Below are positions 1 to 6,963 of a stretch of 63,819 bases of DNA, piece after piece. The DNA is taken from the NCBI GenBank assembly GCA_964517625.1, contig CAZFBW010000004.1:1-63819 (forward strand), in the 5' to 3' direction. The notes beneath the pieces are model-generated. The model was not told the origin of the DNA, made no database searches, and saw only the letters and a program-made list of their open reading frames with translations. The position numbers and the translations under genes were made by a program. The DNA is from an uncultured Candidatus Saccharibacteria bacterium (GTDB taxonomy: Bacteria > Patescibacteriota > Minisyncoccia > Phycocordibacterales > UBA5272). How positions within the stretch are numbered: the stretch's first letter is position 1; each line of letters begins with the position of its first letter.

Positions 1-65
1 TAGTTAAATGGATATAACTGCGGAATTCTACGCCTTTATTCCAGGTTCGATTCCTGGCGAGGGCA
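1..65 (+). tRNA. tRNA, 5'-truncated by the window edge. Anticodon unresolved: loop ATTCTAC would give TCT/Arg, but the anticodon stem pairs poorly
   Basis: Canonical T arm CCAGG-TTCGATT-CCTGG (41-57), then acceptor strand CGAGGGC and discriminator A (58-65). D-loop-like TAGTTAAATGGATA at the start. No encoded CCA. Confidence 0.6.
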
Positions 66-68
66 CAT

Positions 69-111
69 AAAAATAAACCAGTCACCAAATTTTGGTGACT
101 GGTTTATTTTT
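69..111. terminator. Bidirectional rho-independent terminator hairpin after the tRNA
   Basis: Perfect 18-bp inverted repeat AAAAATAAACCAGTCACC / GGTGACTGGTTTATTTTT with an A/T loop. A-run on one side, T-run on the other. Confidence 0.8.
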
Positions 112-126
112 ACAGTGTTGTTCGAG

Positions 127-215
127 CCAGGAATCGAACCTTTGGTCCACATTTTTAATGACCAAAGAGAATATAAAAATGTAGGACTTCGACCGGAGGG
201 AGAAGCGATTCCTGG
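127..215. other. tRNA-linked structured element, copy 1 (three-helix fold; transcribed strand unknown)
   Basis: Closing stem CCAGGAATCG (127-136) / CGATTCCTGG (206-215). Inner 13-bp stem 145-157 / 174-187 with a single bulge and a 16-nt loop. Small hairpin CTTC..GAAG at 187-205. Positions 126-140 are antisense to the upstream tRNA T arm (44-58). Homologous to 7009-7102. Confidence 0.55.
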
Positions 216-231
216 TGTTGTTGAAAAAAAC

Positions 232-256
232 AAAATCCGCCACTTGGGCGGATTTT
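232..256. terminator. Bidirectional terminator hairpin
   Basis: AAAATCCGCC / GGCGGATTTT stem with loop ACTTG. Lies downstream of the minus-strand ORF ending at 273. Confidence 0.75.
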
Positions 257-272
257 GTTATTTTAAAATTTA

Positions 273-752
273 CTATTGATGTTCGTGGTGGTTATGATGT
301 TCTCCTCCATGGTGTTCGTGTGAAGCTCCACCGTGATAGTGCGACTTCACTTCAAACAAGATGTAAAGTTCAAGTGTTGTAAAGATAATAAGTCCAACAA
401 GGTTAAGCGACAACAAGCTTTGTACCGCACCTAAAAGTACTGAGTAAAATGTGTACATCCAACCTTTTTGTGTACGTGCCTTAAGTCCAGGAAAAGCAAG
501 CACAAGCAAAACAAGATTGGCGATTGCAAAAGCGCCCGCAAGCATCCACATTCCTCCGTACCCACCCATCATCACAACTGGCGCAGTCATAAGACCGATA
601 CCAAAAAGTGCAAAGATGGCAGGAACTGAGAAAACGATTCCGATAATTGCTAAATAAGGAGCTATCTTAACAATAATTTCGCGAATATCATTTGGAAGAT
701 GAGGCGCCTTCGCGAAAAAGTCCTCAAGCTTTTTTATTACATCGTGCATCAC
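273..752 (-). CDS. Small integral membrane protein with a His-rich C-terminal tail
   Basis: 159-aa ORF with about 4 hydrophobic helices. C-terminus is HYHGGASHEHHGGEHHNHHEHQ. A terminator follows immediately. Confidence 0.6.
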   Translation of the reverse strand: MMHDVIKKLEDFFAKAPHLPNDIREIIVKIAPYLAIIGIVFSVPAIFALFGIGLMTAPVVMMGGYGGMWMLAGAFAIANLVLLVLAFPGLKARTQKGWMYTFYSVLLGAVQSLLSLNLVGLIIFTTLELYILFEVKSHYHGGASHEHHGGEHHNHHEHQ

Positions 753-779
753 CCAAGTATACCACCCAAAGGAATATGT

Positions 780-1016
780 CTAGTGGTAAATAATCTTCTT
801 TATTTCTTCTAGTGTTTCCTCTTGATTTTTTTCGTATTTATCAAAAATACTAGGATCCTTCTTAACTAATTCACCAAAGGCCTTCGCGCGTGTCTCAAGA
901 TACTGATCAAAACTTTGACCCCCTAATGCTGCAAGGCGAACCTGCATTTCGTTTCTTATTCCTAACTCGTTTCTTTCAACTGGTTTGAAGTCTGGTTGTG
1001 ATTCAAGATTATTCAT
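780..1016 (-). CDS. Hypothetical small protein
   Basis: 78-aa ORF overlapping the upstream ORF by 8 nt (operon-like). No recognisable motif. Confidence 0.4.
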   Translation of the reverse strand: MNNLESQPDFKPVERNELGIRNEMQVRLAALGGQSFDQYLETRAKAFGELVKKDPSIFDKYEKNQEETLEEIKKIIYH

Positions 1017-1245
1017 ACTTTATTTCCCTTTTAAGTCTGTCTTCTAATTTTCTTCCAAGAATTCTTCGTGCGTCCCCTTCTCCGCAAATTACCACCTCCT
1101 CTTTTTCATCAACATGCGGAACAACAATGTCCACAATTTCACCGACAACTTCCGTTAGTTTTTCTTCAATCAACTTCTTTCCAATTGGAATTGTCTCATT
1201 ATCAAAAATCGTGTAGTCCTCGTAAATACAAACATGGTGTGTCAT
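1009..1245 (-). CDS. Hypothetical small acidic protein
   Basis: 78-aa ORF tightly packed between neighbouring genes. No recognisable motif. Confidence 0.4.
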   Translation of the reverse strand: MTHHVCIYEDYTIFDNETIPIGKKLIEEKLTEVVGEIVDIVVPHVDEKEEVVICGEGDARRILGRKLEDRLKREIKYE

Positions 1246-1254
1246 GGCTTTAGT

Positions 1255-1635
1255 TTAGCGCAAGCGAGTTCCGTTTGTAAGCGTCTTTGTGGGATTAAGA
1301 AGAGCAAGTCCAGAATCATCGCTTCCAGCTAAAATCATTCCATTTGATTCCAAGCCCCGAATCATACGCGGTGCCAAGTTTGCAACAAACGGAAACTGCT
1401 TACCGAGCAAATCTTCTGGTTGCATGTATTCACGAATACCAGAAAGAATTTGTCGTGGGCTCGCTTCTCCTAAATCAACAGAGAGCTTGTAAAGCTTGTC
1501 CGCGCCTTCTACTACTTCAACTGAAAGCACGGTACCGAGACGAATTTCCAATTTCTGAAAATCGTCTATCGTTGCATACACTTTTTCTGGCACTTCTTCT
1601 GTTTTCTTTTCTGGAATTATGTTTTCTTCTTGCAT
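1255..1635 (-). CDS. tRNA-binding domain protein (Trbp111/CsaA/EMAP-II-like OB fold)
   Basis: Motifs F.KLEIRLGTV..VE.V.GADKLYKLSVDLG...RQI.SGI and NL.PR...G..S.GM.L are typical of the MetRS C-terminal / CsaA tRNA-binding domain. Confidence 0.75.
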   Translation of the reverse strand: MQEENIIPEKKTEEVPEKVYATIDDFQKLEIRLGTVLSVEVVEGADKLYKLSVDLGEASPRQILSGIREYMQPEDLLGKQFPFVANLAPRMIRGLESNGMILAGSDDSGLALLNPTKTLTNGTRLR

Positions 1636-1644
1636 TGTATTTCC

Positions 1645-1684
1645 TTTTTGCTTATTGCTTATTGCTTTTTACTAATTGCTATTC
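1645..1684. repeat. Copy of a dispersed AT-rich intergenic repeat family (core TTGCTTTTTACTAATTGCT)
   Basis: The 19-nt string TTGCTTTTTACTAATTGCT at 1662-1680 is identical to 5506-5524. Related copies lie at 5111-5136 (complement), 6461-6485 (complement) and 6525-6550. Confidence 0.7.
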
Positions 1685-1687
1685 TTC

Positions 1688-2155
1688 CTACCAATTATCA
1701 TTACTTGTTTCTTCTTCCGCACCACCTTCTTCATCATCACCCAAATCTTCTTCATCAGAAACAACTGGTCCATTTACCTTATCCAAATATCGCTGAAGCA
1801 CAATAGCTGCTGCTTGGTCGTCTACCTCGTGATTCCCCTCTTTCCCAGGTTGCTTGCGTGCCTCAACTGTTGAATACCACTCTTTTTCAAAAACAATTTT
1901 CACATCCATTGCGTTTTCGATTTTTGCACCAAAAGCTCTCGCCTCTTTTGCAATTGCATTTGGCTTTCCGTTACCATCAACACTTTCTCCAATCACCACG
2001 GTACCGATTTTCATTTCACGAATAAGTTCAAGCGTATCTTTAAAAAGTGTTTGGTCGTTAGGTGCAATCATTAAAGGAAACGCAATAGAACCATCATCGT
2101 CTGATTGTGCAAAACCAACCTTTTTAGAGCCGTAATCGATACCTAAATATTTCAT
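1688..2155 (-). CDS. ruvX: Holliday-junction resolvase-like / pre-16S rRNA nuclease YqgF (RuvX) with an acidic C-terminal tail
   Basis: Starts MKYLGIDYGSKKVGFA, the YqgF signature. Start moved to the internal ATG at 2155 because the longer ORF would overlap the upstream gene. Tail is DEEDLGDDEEGGAEEE. Confidence 0.8.
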   Translation of the reverse strand: MKYLGIDYGSKKVGFAQSDDDGSIAFPLMIAPNDQTLFKDTLELIREMKIGTVVIGESVDGNGKPNAIAKEARAFGAKIENAMDVKIVFEKEWYSTVEARKQPGKEGNHEVDDQAAAIVLQRYLDKVNGPVVSDEEDLGDDEEGGAEEETSNDNW

Positions 2156-2180
2156 ACAAAAAAGTATATCAAATTGAGAG

Positions 2181-2435
2181 TCATTTTCCCCACCTCCATC
2201 TCGGCTTTTCTCCAGTAAGGTAGCAAATAACCATGAAAAACAATGTAAGCCCAACAAAACATAGGATATTACCTATCAAGATATTGCTTCCGGACTGAAC
2301 TTTTTTATCTATATCGTTAAAAATTCCAAATAGTGTAACCACATAGACAGCAGTCAGTGCCCAACCCTCCCACGTCACGGGCACCCAACCCCAGCCGTAC
2401 AATTTTGCTTTAAACCACAATTTTTTATTCTCCAT
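2181..2435 (-). CDS. Small membrane protein (YGWGW motif family)
   Basis: Starts MENKKLWFKAKLYGWGWVPVTWEGW, followed by two hydrophobic helices. Confidence 0.55.
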   Translation of the reverse strand: MENKKLWFKAKLYGWGWVPVTWEGWALTAVYVVTLFGIFNDIDKKVQSGSNILIGNILCFVGLTLFFMVICYLTGEKPRWRWGK

Positions 2436-2465
2436 CCACCAAGTATACCAACTACACACAAAACC

Positions 2466-2494
2466 TTGAATCTATCAATATTTCGTGGTATAGT
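2466..2494 (+). promoter_or_regulatory. Sigma70-type promoter for the tRNA-Ser/tRNA-Arg unit
   Basis: TTGAAT-N17-TATAGT, about 30 nt upstream of tRNA-Ser. Confidence 0.6.
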
Positions 2495-2527
2495 ATTGCG
2501 ACCATTCTGATAGTTTAGTTATAGCGC

Positions 2528-2614
2528 GGAGGAGTGGCAGAGTGGTCGATTGCACCTGTCTTGAAAACAGGAGTCTGGGCAACCGGACCGTGAGTTCGAA
2601 TCTCACCTCCTCCG
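2528..2614 (+). tRNA. tRNA-Ser(TGA), type II with a long variable arm
   Basis: Acceptor GGAGGAG / CTCCTCC. Anticodon arm CCTGT-CTTGAAA-ACAGG. T arm GTGAG-TTCGAAT-CTCAC. No encoded CCA. Confidence 0.9.
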
Positions 2615-2638
2615 CGCTGAAACGAAATTTTCGGCTAC

Positions 2639-2710
2639 GCTCTCGTAGTTCAATGGATAGAATTCAAGTTTGCGGTACTTGCGATGCAGGTTCGATTCCT
2701 GCCGAGAGCA
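2639..2710 (+). tRNA. tRNA-Arg(GCG)
   Basis: Acceptor GCTCTCG / CGAGAGC. Anticodon arm CAAGT-TTGCGGT-ACTTG. T arm GCAGG-TTCGATT-CCTGC. No encoded CCA. Confidence 0.85.
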
Positions 2711-2713
2711 CTT

Positions 2714-2755
2714 GATAACAAAATGACCACCCTCGCGGTGGTTGTTTTGTTATCA
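2714..2755. terminator. Long A/T-armed terminator hairpin after tRNA-Arg
   Basis: GATAACAAAATGACCACC / GGTGGTTGTTTTGTTATC, an imperfect 18-bp stem. Same design as 69-111 and 6964-7000. Confidence 0.7.
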
Positions 2756-2756
2756 C

Positions 2757-2873
2757 AGTATTCGGCGGATGAGAACCGAAGGCGACCAAATTTGCAGGAG
2801 AGCGAAGCGATTCGTTGCAAATTGGAAGTGCCGAATATTGTACTCGATATTCGGAGTCGATTCCTGCCGAGAT
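2757..2873. other. tRNA-linked structured element, divergent copy 3
   Basis: Carries a 16-nt direct copy of the tRNA-Arg 3' end (TCGATTCCTGCCGAGA at 2857-2872, matching 2692-2707). Has a degenerate antisense T-arm-like segment (2764-2779). Core CGACCAAA...GGAGAGCGAAGCGATTC resembles copies 1 and 2; GAAGCGATTC at 2804-2813 is identical to 202-211. Internal hairpins at 2786-2825 and 2831-2854. Confidence 0.4.
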
Positions 2874-2915
2874 ATTTTCCAAAATTAAACCGCCCTCTCG
2901 GGCGATTTAATTTAT

Positions 2916-3185
2916 CTACTTCTTCCCCACCTTCGCAAGCGCTTTCGCAAGTCTTGCTTTCTTTCGGTTCGCAGTTCCTTTCTTGATAACTCCCTTCTTT
3001 GCGGCTTTATCGAGTGCTTTGAACGCAAGCGCAATATCCTTTGTTGCCCCTTTTACATCTTTCTTAGCAACTTCATCACGAACGGTTTTAACCTGTTCAC
3101 GCATTGTACGGCGAAGCTTGTCATTAACAACACGCTTTGCTGTACTGCCACGAAGTGCTCTTTTTGCTGATTTGGTAATTGCCAT
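2916..3185 (-). CDS. rpsT: 30S ribosomal protein S20
   Basis: Starts MAITKSAKRALRGS and is basic and helical throughout. Start set at the internal ATG (3185). Confidence 0.9.
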   Translation of the reverse strand: MAITKSAKRALRGSTAKRVVNDKLRRTMREQVKTVRDEVAKKDVKGATKDIALAFKALDKAAKKGVIKKGTANRKKARLAKALAKVGKK

Positions 3186-3261
3186 AATTTTTATATAAGT
3201 CACACAACTTTACCACAAAACACTGAAAAATGGAAGGGTTTGTTCATGCTATACTTTTTCT

Positions 3262-3825
3262 ATGATTGGGTATCTTTCTGGAGAAGTTCATAAGGTCACT
3301 GAAAAGGATATGATTATCCTCATTTCTGGTGTCGGCTACAAAGTTCTCTCTCCCCTTCCAACCCTTCTTGCACAGACTGTTGGCAAACCTGTTTCCCTCT
3401 TCATCCATACCCACGTCCGCGAAGACGCCCTTACCTTATTTGGATTCGAGAAAGAGATTGAACTTGAACTCTTTAATCGCCTCACATCTGTTTCTGGTAT
3501 TGGTCCAAAGAGTGCGCTTGCCATGCTTTCTGTTCATTCACCTGCGTCGATTGCAGATGCGGTTGAACGAGGCGACGCATCACTTCTCTCACACACCCCA
3601 GGGATAGGAAAGAAAACGGCAGAAAAAATTATTATTGAACTTAAGGGAAAGCTCGCACACATGCAAAACACTCAAGGCGCAAGCGATGCTTTGTTTGATG
3701 TTCGTCTCGCACTTGAAGCGCTTGGGTATTCTTCACGAGAAATACATGATGCTGTCGCAGATTTAAACACAAAAAACAAAACAACCAACACCCTTATCAA
3801 AGAGGCGCTCTCTGCGCTACAATAA
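3262..3825 (+). CDS. ruvA: Holliday junction branch-migration complex subunit RuvA
   Basis: MIGYLSGEV start, HhH motifs (L.SVSGIGPKSA, GIGKKTAEKII) and a C-terminal domain III. Confidence 0.9.
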   Translation: MIGYLSGEVHKVTEKDMIILISGVGYKVLSPLPTLLAQTVGKPVSLFIHTHVREDALTLFGFEKEIELELFNRLTSVSGIGPKSALAMLSVHSPASIADAVERGDASLLSHTPGIGKKTAEKIIIELKGKLAHMQNTQGASDALFDVRLALEALGYSSREIHDAVADLNTKNKTTNTLIKEALSALQ

Positions 3826-3829
3826 GCAC

Positions 3830-5125
3830 ATGGAAAAAATTCTCCGCACGGTAGAAAAATACATACCGAAAAAAATCTACAAGTTTTTTCAACCGGCCTA
3901 TCACTACCTACTTTCGGTCATCGGCGCCACCATCTACCGGGACCCTTCTAAAAAAATTTATGTTATTGGTGTCACTGGCACGAAAGGAAAGTCCTCCACG
4001 GTTGAATTCGTAAATGCTGTGCTTGAGGCCTCTGGAAAGAGGACTGCTGTGCTTTCCACCATTCATTTCAAAATCGGCGACAAAGATCGTCCAAACAAAT
4101 ACAAAATGACGATGCCGGGAAGATTTTTCACACAAAAGTTTCTACGCGACGCAGTAGATGCGGGCTGTACCCACGCAATTATTGAAATGACAAGTGAGGG
4201 TGCACGTTTCTTCCGCCACAACAGAGTACACATGGACGCACTCATTTTTACCAATCTCTCTCCTGAACACATTGAAAGTCACGGTTCGTTTGAAAAATAC
4301 AAACAAGCAAAACTCGCCTTGATTAAACAGCTTGCAAAAAGCGAAAAAGAAAATCGTTTATCAATTGCAAACTTGGATAATGAGCACGGTGTCAGTTTTC
4401 TTATTTACGACGTGGAAAAAAGCATTGGCTACTCACTCAAAGATATCGAGATTCTTTCTTCCGACGAACACAAAAGTAGAATCAAGTGGAATGGCATGGA
4501 ATTAAACATTCCCCTTCCTGGAAAATTTAATATTTCAAACGCCCTCGCCTCACTAACCCTTGCAAAAGAACTCGACATCTCAAACGAAGACATAGAGAAG
4601 GGAATTGAATCGCTTTCAAAAATCCGCGGACGTGTTGAGCGAGTGGAAGTTGGCCAAGATTTTTCCGTGATTGTCGACTATGCCCACACCGATGACTCAC
4701 TCCGCAAACTCTACGAAACATTTGAACCAGCAGATTCACGTCTTGGACGTAAAATAAAACTGATTGCAGTGCTTGGCTCAACTGGTGGTGGTCGTGATGC
4801 TTGGAAGCGCCCTGTGCTTGGAGAAATTGCGGACGAATACTGTGATGAAATTATCGTCACCAATGAAGACCCATACGATGAAGACCCAATGAAAATTATT
4901 AACGAGGTTGCAAGCGGTGTGAAAGCACACACGCCAACTATTATTCTTAACCGACGTGAAGCAATACGTCATGCAATTCTCCTTGCCAAAAAAAATGACG
5001 TTGTTTTAATTTCTGGAAAAGGTACAGACCCATACATTATGGGACCACACGGAACAAAAGAGTCTTGGGACGATGCAACGGTTGCAAGAGAAGAACTAAC
5101 GAAGTTAGTAGCAAAAAGCAATTAG
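3830..5125 (+). CDS. murE: Mur ligase, MurE-like (UDP-MurNAc-L-Ala-D-Glu : diamino acid ligase), short form
   Basis: P-loop VTGTKGKSST, DYAHTDDSL (the MurE DYAHTPD-like motif), and a C-terminal TNEDPYDEDP motif. The last codons and stop lie inside repeat 5111-5136. Confidence 0.75.
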   Translation: MEKILRTVEKYIPKKIYKFFQPAYHYLLSVIGATIYRDPSKKIYVIGVTGTKGKSSTVEFVNAVLEASGKRTAVLSTIHFKIGDKDRPNKYKMTMPGRFFTQKFLRDAVDAGCTHAIIEMTSEGARFFRHNRVHMDALIFTNLSPEHIESHGSFEKYKQAKLALIKQLAKSEKENRLSIANLDNEHGVSFLIYDVEKSIGYSLKDIEILSSDEHKSRIKWNGMELNIPLPGKFNISNALASLTLAKELDISNEDIEKGIESLSKIRGRVERVEVGQDFSVIVDYAHTDDSLRKLYETFEPADSRLGRKIKLIAVLGSTGGGRDAWKRPVLGEIADEYCDEIIVTNEDPYDEDPMKIINEVASGVKAHTPTIILNRREAIRHAILLAKKNDVVLISGKGTDPYIMGPHGTKESWDDATVAREELTKLVAKSN

Positions 5126-5136
5126 CAAAAAGCAAA
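5111..5136. repeat. Left arm of the 26-bp inverted repeat bracketing the four-helix-bundle gene
   Basis: The reverse complement of GCAAAAAGCAATTAGCAAAAAGCAAA matches 5505-5530 at 25 of 26 positions. Confidence 0.85.
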
Positions 5137-5499
5137 ATGGGAAACATTAAACACTTTACAGATCTTATTGTTTGGCAAGAAGGACATAAACTTGTTCTTT
5201 CTGTCTACCAAATCACTAAGAAACTGCCTGATACCGAAAGGTTTGGACTTGTCAGTCAAGCGCAACGAGCGTCTGTTTCAATAACATCTAACATAGCAGA
5301 AGGGTTTGGAAGAAAAGGAGAAAAAGAAAAAATACAATTCTACTATATCGCGCATGGATCTCTTACCGAATTGGAAAACTTACTTTTTGTAATGAAAGAT
5401 CTTGGTTTTATAGAAGGCAAGCTATATGATAGTGTAAAAAGTACCATGCAAAATGTAAATAATTTACTACTTGGTCTAATTAAAAGCATCAAAGACTAA
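5137..5499 (+). CDS. Four-helix-bundle protein (23S rRNA intervening-sequence protein family)
   Basis: F.DL.VWQ..H.L....Y.....P..E...L.SQ..RA..SI..NIAEG.GR......QF...A.GSL.E is the family signature. Start at the ATG at 5137. Confidence 0.85.
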   Translation: MGNIKHFTDLIVWQEGHKLVLSVYQITKKLPDTERFGLVSQAQRASVSITSNIAEGFGRKGEKEKIQFYYIAHGSLTELENLLFVMKDLGFIEGKLYDSVKSTMQNVNNLLLGLIKSIKD

Positions 5500-5504
5500 C
5501 CCTC

Positions 5505-5530
5505 TTTGCTTTTTACTAATTGCTTTTTGC
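5505..5530. repeat. Right arm of the 26-bp inverted repeat
   Basis: TTTGCTTTTTACTAATTGCTTTTTGC. Pairs with 5111-5136. Confidence 0.85.
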
Positions 5531-5539
5531 TAGAATTTT

Positions 5540-6460
5540 ATGCCAGAACTCCCAGAGGTTCATACCACTGTTACAGGGTTACAAAAAGTTCTCCCCGGAC
5601 TTTCCTTTACTTCAATCTGGTCAGATATGTGGAGCACATCAAAACTTGCTCGCAACACCATTAAAGATAAAAGTTATTTTTCATATTTCAAAAAATACTC
5701 CCTCAATCAAAAGATTCTTCATGTTCGCCGTCGCGCAAAACACATTCTCATTGATTTAGAAAATGGGTTTACGGTCATTATGCACATGAAAATGACCGGA
5801 CACATTATGTACGGAACGTACAAGCAAAACAAAAAATACAACGGCCGTGAATGGAGTTGGGTGCCAACCGATAAAAACCCCGCACTTCGCGACCCTTACA
5901 ATCGTCACATTCGTGTTATGTTCACACTTTCAAATGGAAAACATTTGGCGTTCTGTGATTCAAGAAAATTCGGCACCATTGTTGTTGAAAAAACAGACAC
6001 CCTTCATACAGAACGCCTCGCTCATCTAGGCCCTGAACCACTTGAAAAAAGTTTTACCCTTACTTTGTTTAAACAAAGACTTCTCAAGTCTCCCACACGT
6101 GCAATCAAAACAGTGCTTATGGACCAAACAATCGTTGCGGGTATTGGAAACATTTACTCAGATGAGATGCTCTATCTAGCACACATCCTTCCAACACGAA
6201 CATCGAAAAGTTTAAAAGAGGTCGAATGGAATCTTTTATTTTCTTCAATGAAAAAAGTTTTATCGAAGGGAATTGATTTCGGTGGTGATTCAACAAGTGA
6301 TTATAGAAACATTAAGGGTGAACGTGGGAAATTTCATCACAACCACAATGTGTATTTACGAACAAAAGAAAAGTGTTTAGCGCGTGGCTGTAAAGGTAGT
6401 ATTCAGAAAAAAACAATTGGGGGGAGGAGTGCGCATTTTTGTCCAAAGTGCCAAAAATAA
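5540..6460 (+). CDS. mutM: Formamidopyrimidine-DNA glycosylase (Fpg/MutM), long form
   Basis: N-terminal MPELPEV, an H2TH region (L.DQ...AGIGNIY.DE.L) and a C-terminal zinc finger C..C...C.KCQK. Confidence 0.9.
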   Translation: MPELPEVHTTVTGLQKVLPGLSFTSIWSDMWSTSKLARNTIKDKSYFSYFKKYSLNQKILHVRRRAKHILIDLENGFTVIMHMKMTGHIMYGTYKQNKKYNGREWSWVPTDKNPALRDPYNRHIRVMFTLSNGKHLAFCDSRKFGTIVVEKTDTLHTERLAHLGPEPLEKSFTLTLFKQRLLKSPTRAIKTVLMDQTIVAGIGNIYSDEMLYLAHILPTRTSKSLKEVEWNLLFSSMKKVLSKGIDFGGDSTSDYRNIKGERGKFHHNHNVYLRTKEKCLARGCKGSIQKKTIGGRSAHFCPKCQK

Positions 6461-6550
6461 GCAACTAGCAATAAGTAAAAAGCAAGGGGGAAAGCCCGTG
6501 CAAGCTTTGCTTGCACGGGCTCCTATTTACTAATTGCTTATTGCTATTTG
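6461..6550. repeat. Nested palindromic intergenic element: AT-rich arms of the local repeat family around a GC-rich 13-bp hairpin. Probable terminator
   Basis: Core hairpin AGCCCGTGCAAGC / GCTTGCACGGGCT (6493-6521). Outer arms GCAACTAGCAATAAG (6461-6475) versus CTTATTGCTATTTGC (6536-6550). Confidence 0.7.
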
Positions 6551-6563
6551 CTATACTGTGTTC

Positions 6564-6725
6564 ATGGGACTTTTCTTGAAAATTTTTATTGGTTTCTGGA
6601 TTATATGGATTATTTGGTATGTCACCGGCGGACCTCTTCGTGATGACAAAACAAAGCCATATGTCGGACCAAACCCAGAAACGCTTCAACTCGAAGAGTT
6701 TGGGCCTGAATCACTTCCTCGCTAG
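6564..6725 (+). CDS. Hypothetical small membrane protein
   Basis: MGLFLKIFIGFWIIWIIWYV is one hydrophobic helix. Short ORF, start uncertain. Confidence 0.35.
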   Translation: MGLFLKIFIGFWIIWIIWYVTGGPLRDDKTKPYVGPNPETLQLEEFGPESLPR

Positions 6726-6770
6726 ACAACTGGAAATTTTATTGTTTTTTTGCTAGGATATATCCACTCT

Positions 6771-6840
6771 GTCCCCTGTAGCTCGAGAAGCTTGGCTTCG
6801 AGATGTCGTAAGCTAGCAAGCGTCGACGCCAGTCGGTAGA
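6771..6840 (+). other. tRNA-Lys 5'-half-like sequence interrupted by a 46-nt palindrome-rich insert
   Basis: GTCCCCTGTAGCTC[46 nt]AGTCGGTAGA compared with the genuine tRNA-Lys 5' end GTCCCTATAGCTCAGTCGGTAGA at 6887. The insert contains CTCGAG, AAGCTT, GCTAGC, GTCGAC and the 10-nt palindrome GCGTCGACGC. Confidence 0.5.
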
Positions 6841-6886
6841 TATATTAAAACGTGCACACAGTGAGTGGGTGGTAAAATAAACACAT

Positions 6887-6959
6887 GTCCCTATAGCTCA
6901 GTCGGTAGAGCAGCTGCCTTTTAAGCAGACGGTCGAAGGTTCGATCCCTTCTGGGGGCA
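6887..6959 (+). tRNA. tRNA-Lys(TTT)
   Basis: Acceptor GTCCCTA / TGGGGGC (two G-U pairs), D loop AGCTCAGTCGGTAGAGC, anticodon loop CTTTTAA, T arm GAAGG-TTCGATC-CCTTC. No encoded CCA. Confidence 0.9.
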
Positions 6960-6963
6960 CTTG

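Noticed and set aside
36-233. 65-aa minus-strand ORF, and the analogous ORF at 6921-7109
   Set aside because: Both simply read through the antisense of tRNA T-arm sequence, terminator hairpins and the structured elements. Their shared CP(R/Q)..SNL ends are the translation of the antisense T arm, not evidence of a protein family.
2664-2986. ORFs 2664-2882 (-) and 2684-2986 (+)
   Set aside because: They overlap tRNA-Arg, its terminator and the tRNA-derived spacer, and the plus one runs antisense into rpsT. No start context and no recognisable protein features.
6781-6830. Cluster of XhoI/HindIII/NheI/SalI sites as evidence of cloning-vector contamination
   Set aside because: Not accepted as the primary explanation. 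The sites are embedded between two halves of a tRNA-Lys-like sequence and flanked by native-looking AT-rich DNA, with no recognisable vector backbone. Kept as a finding to be verified against reads.
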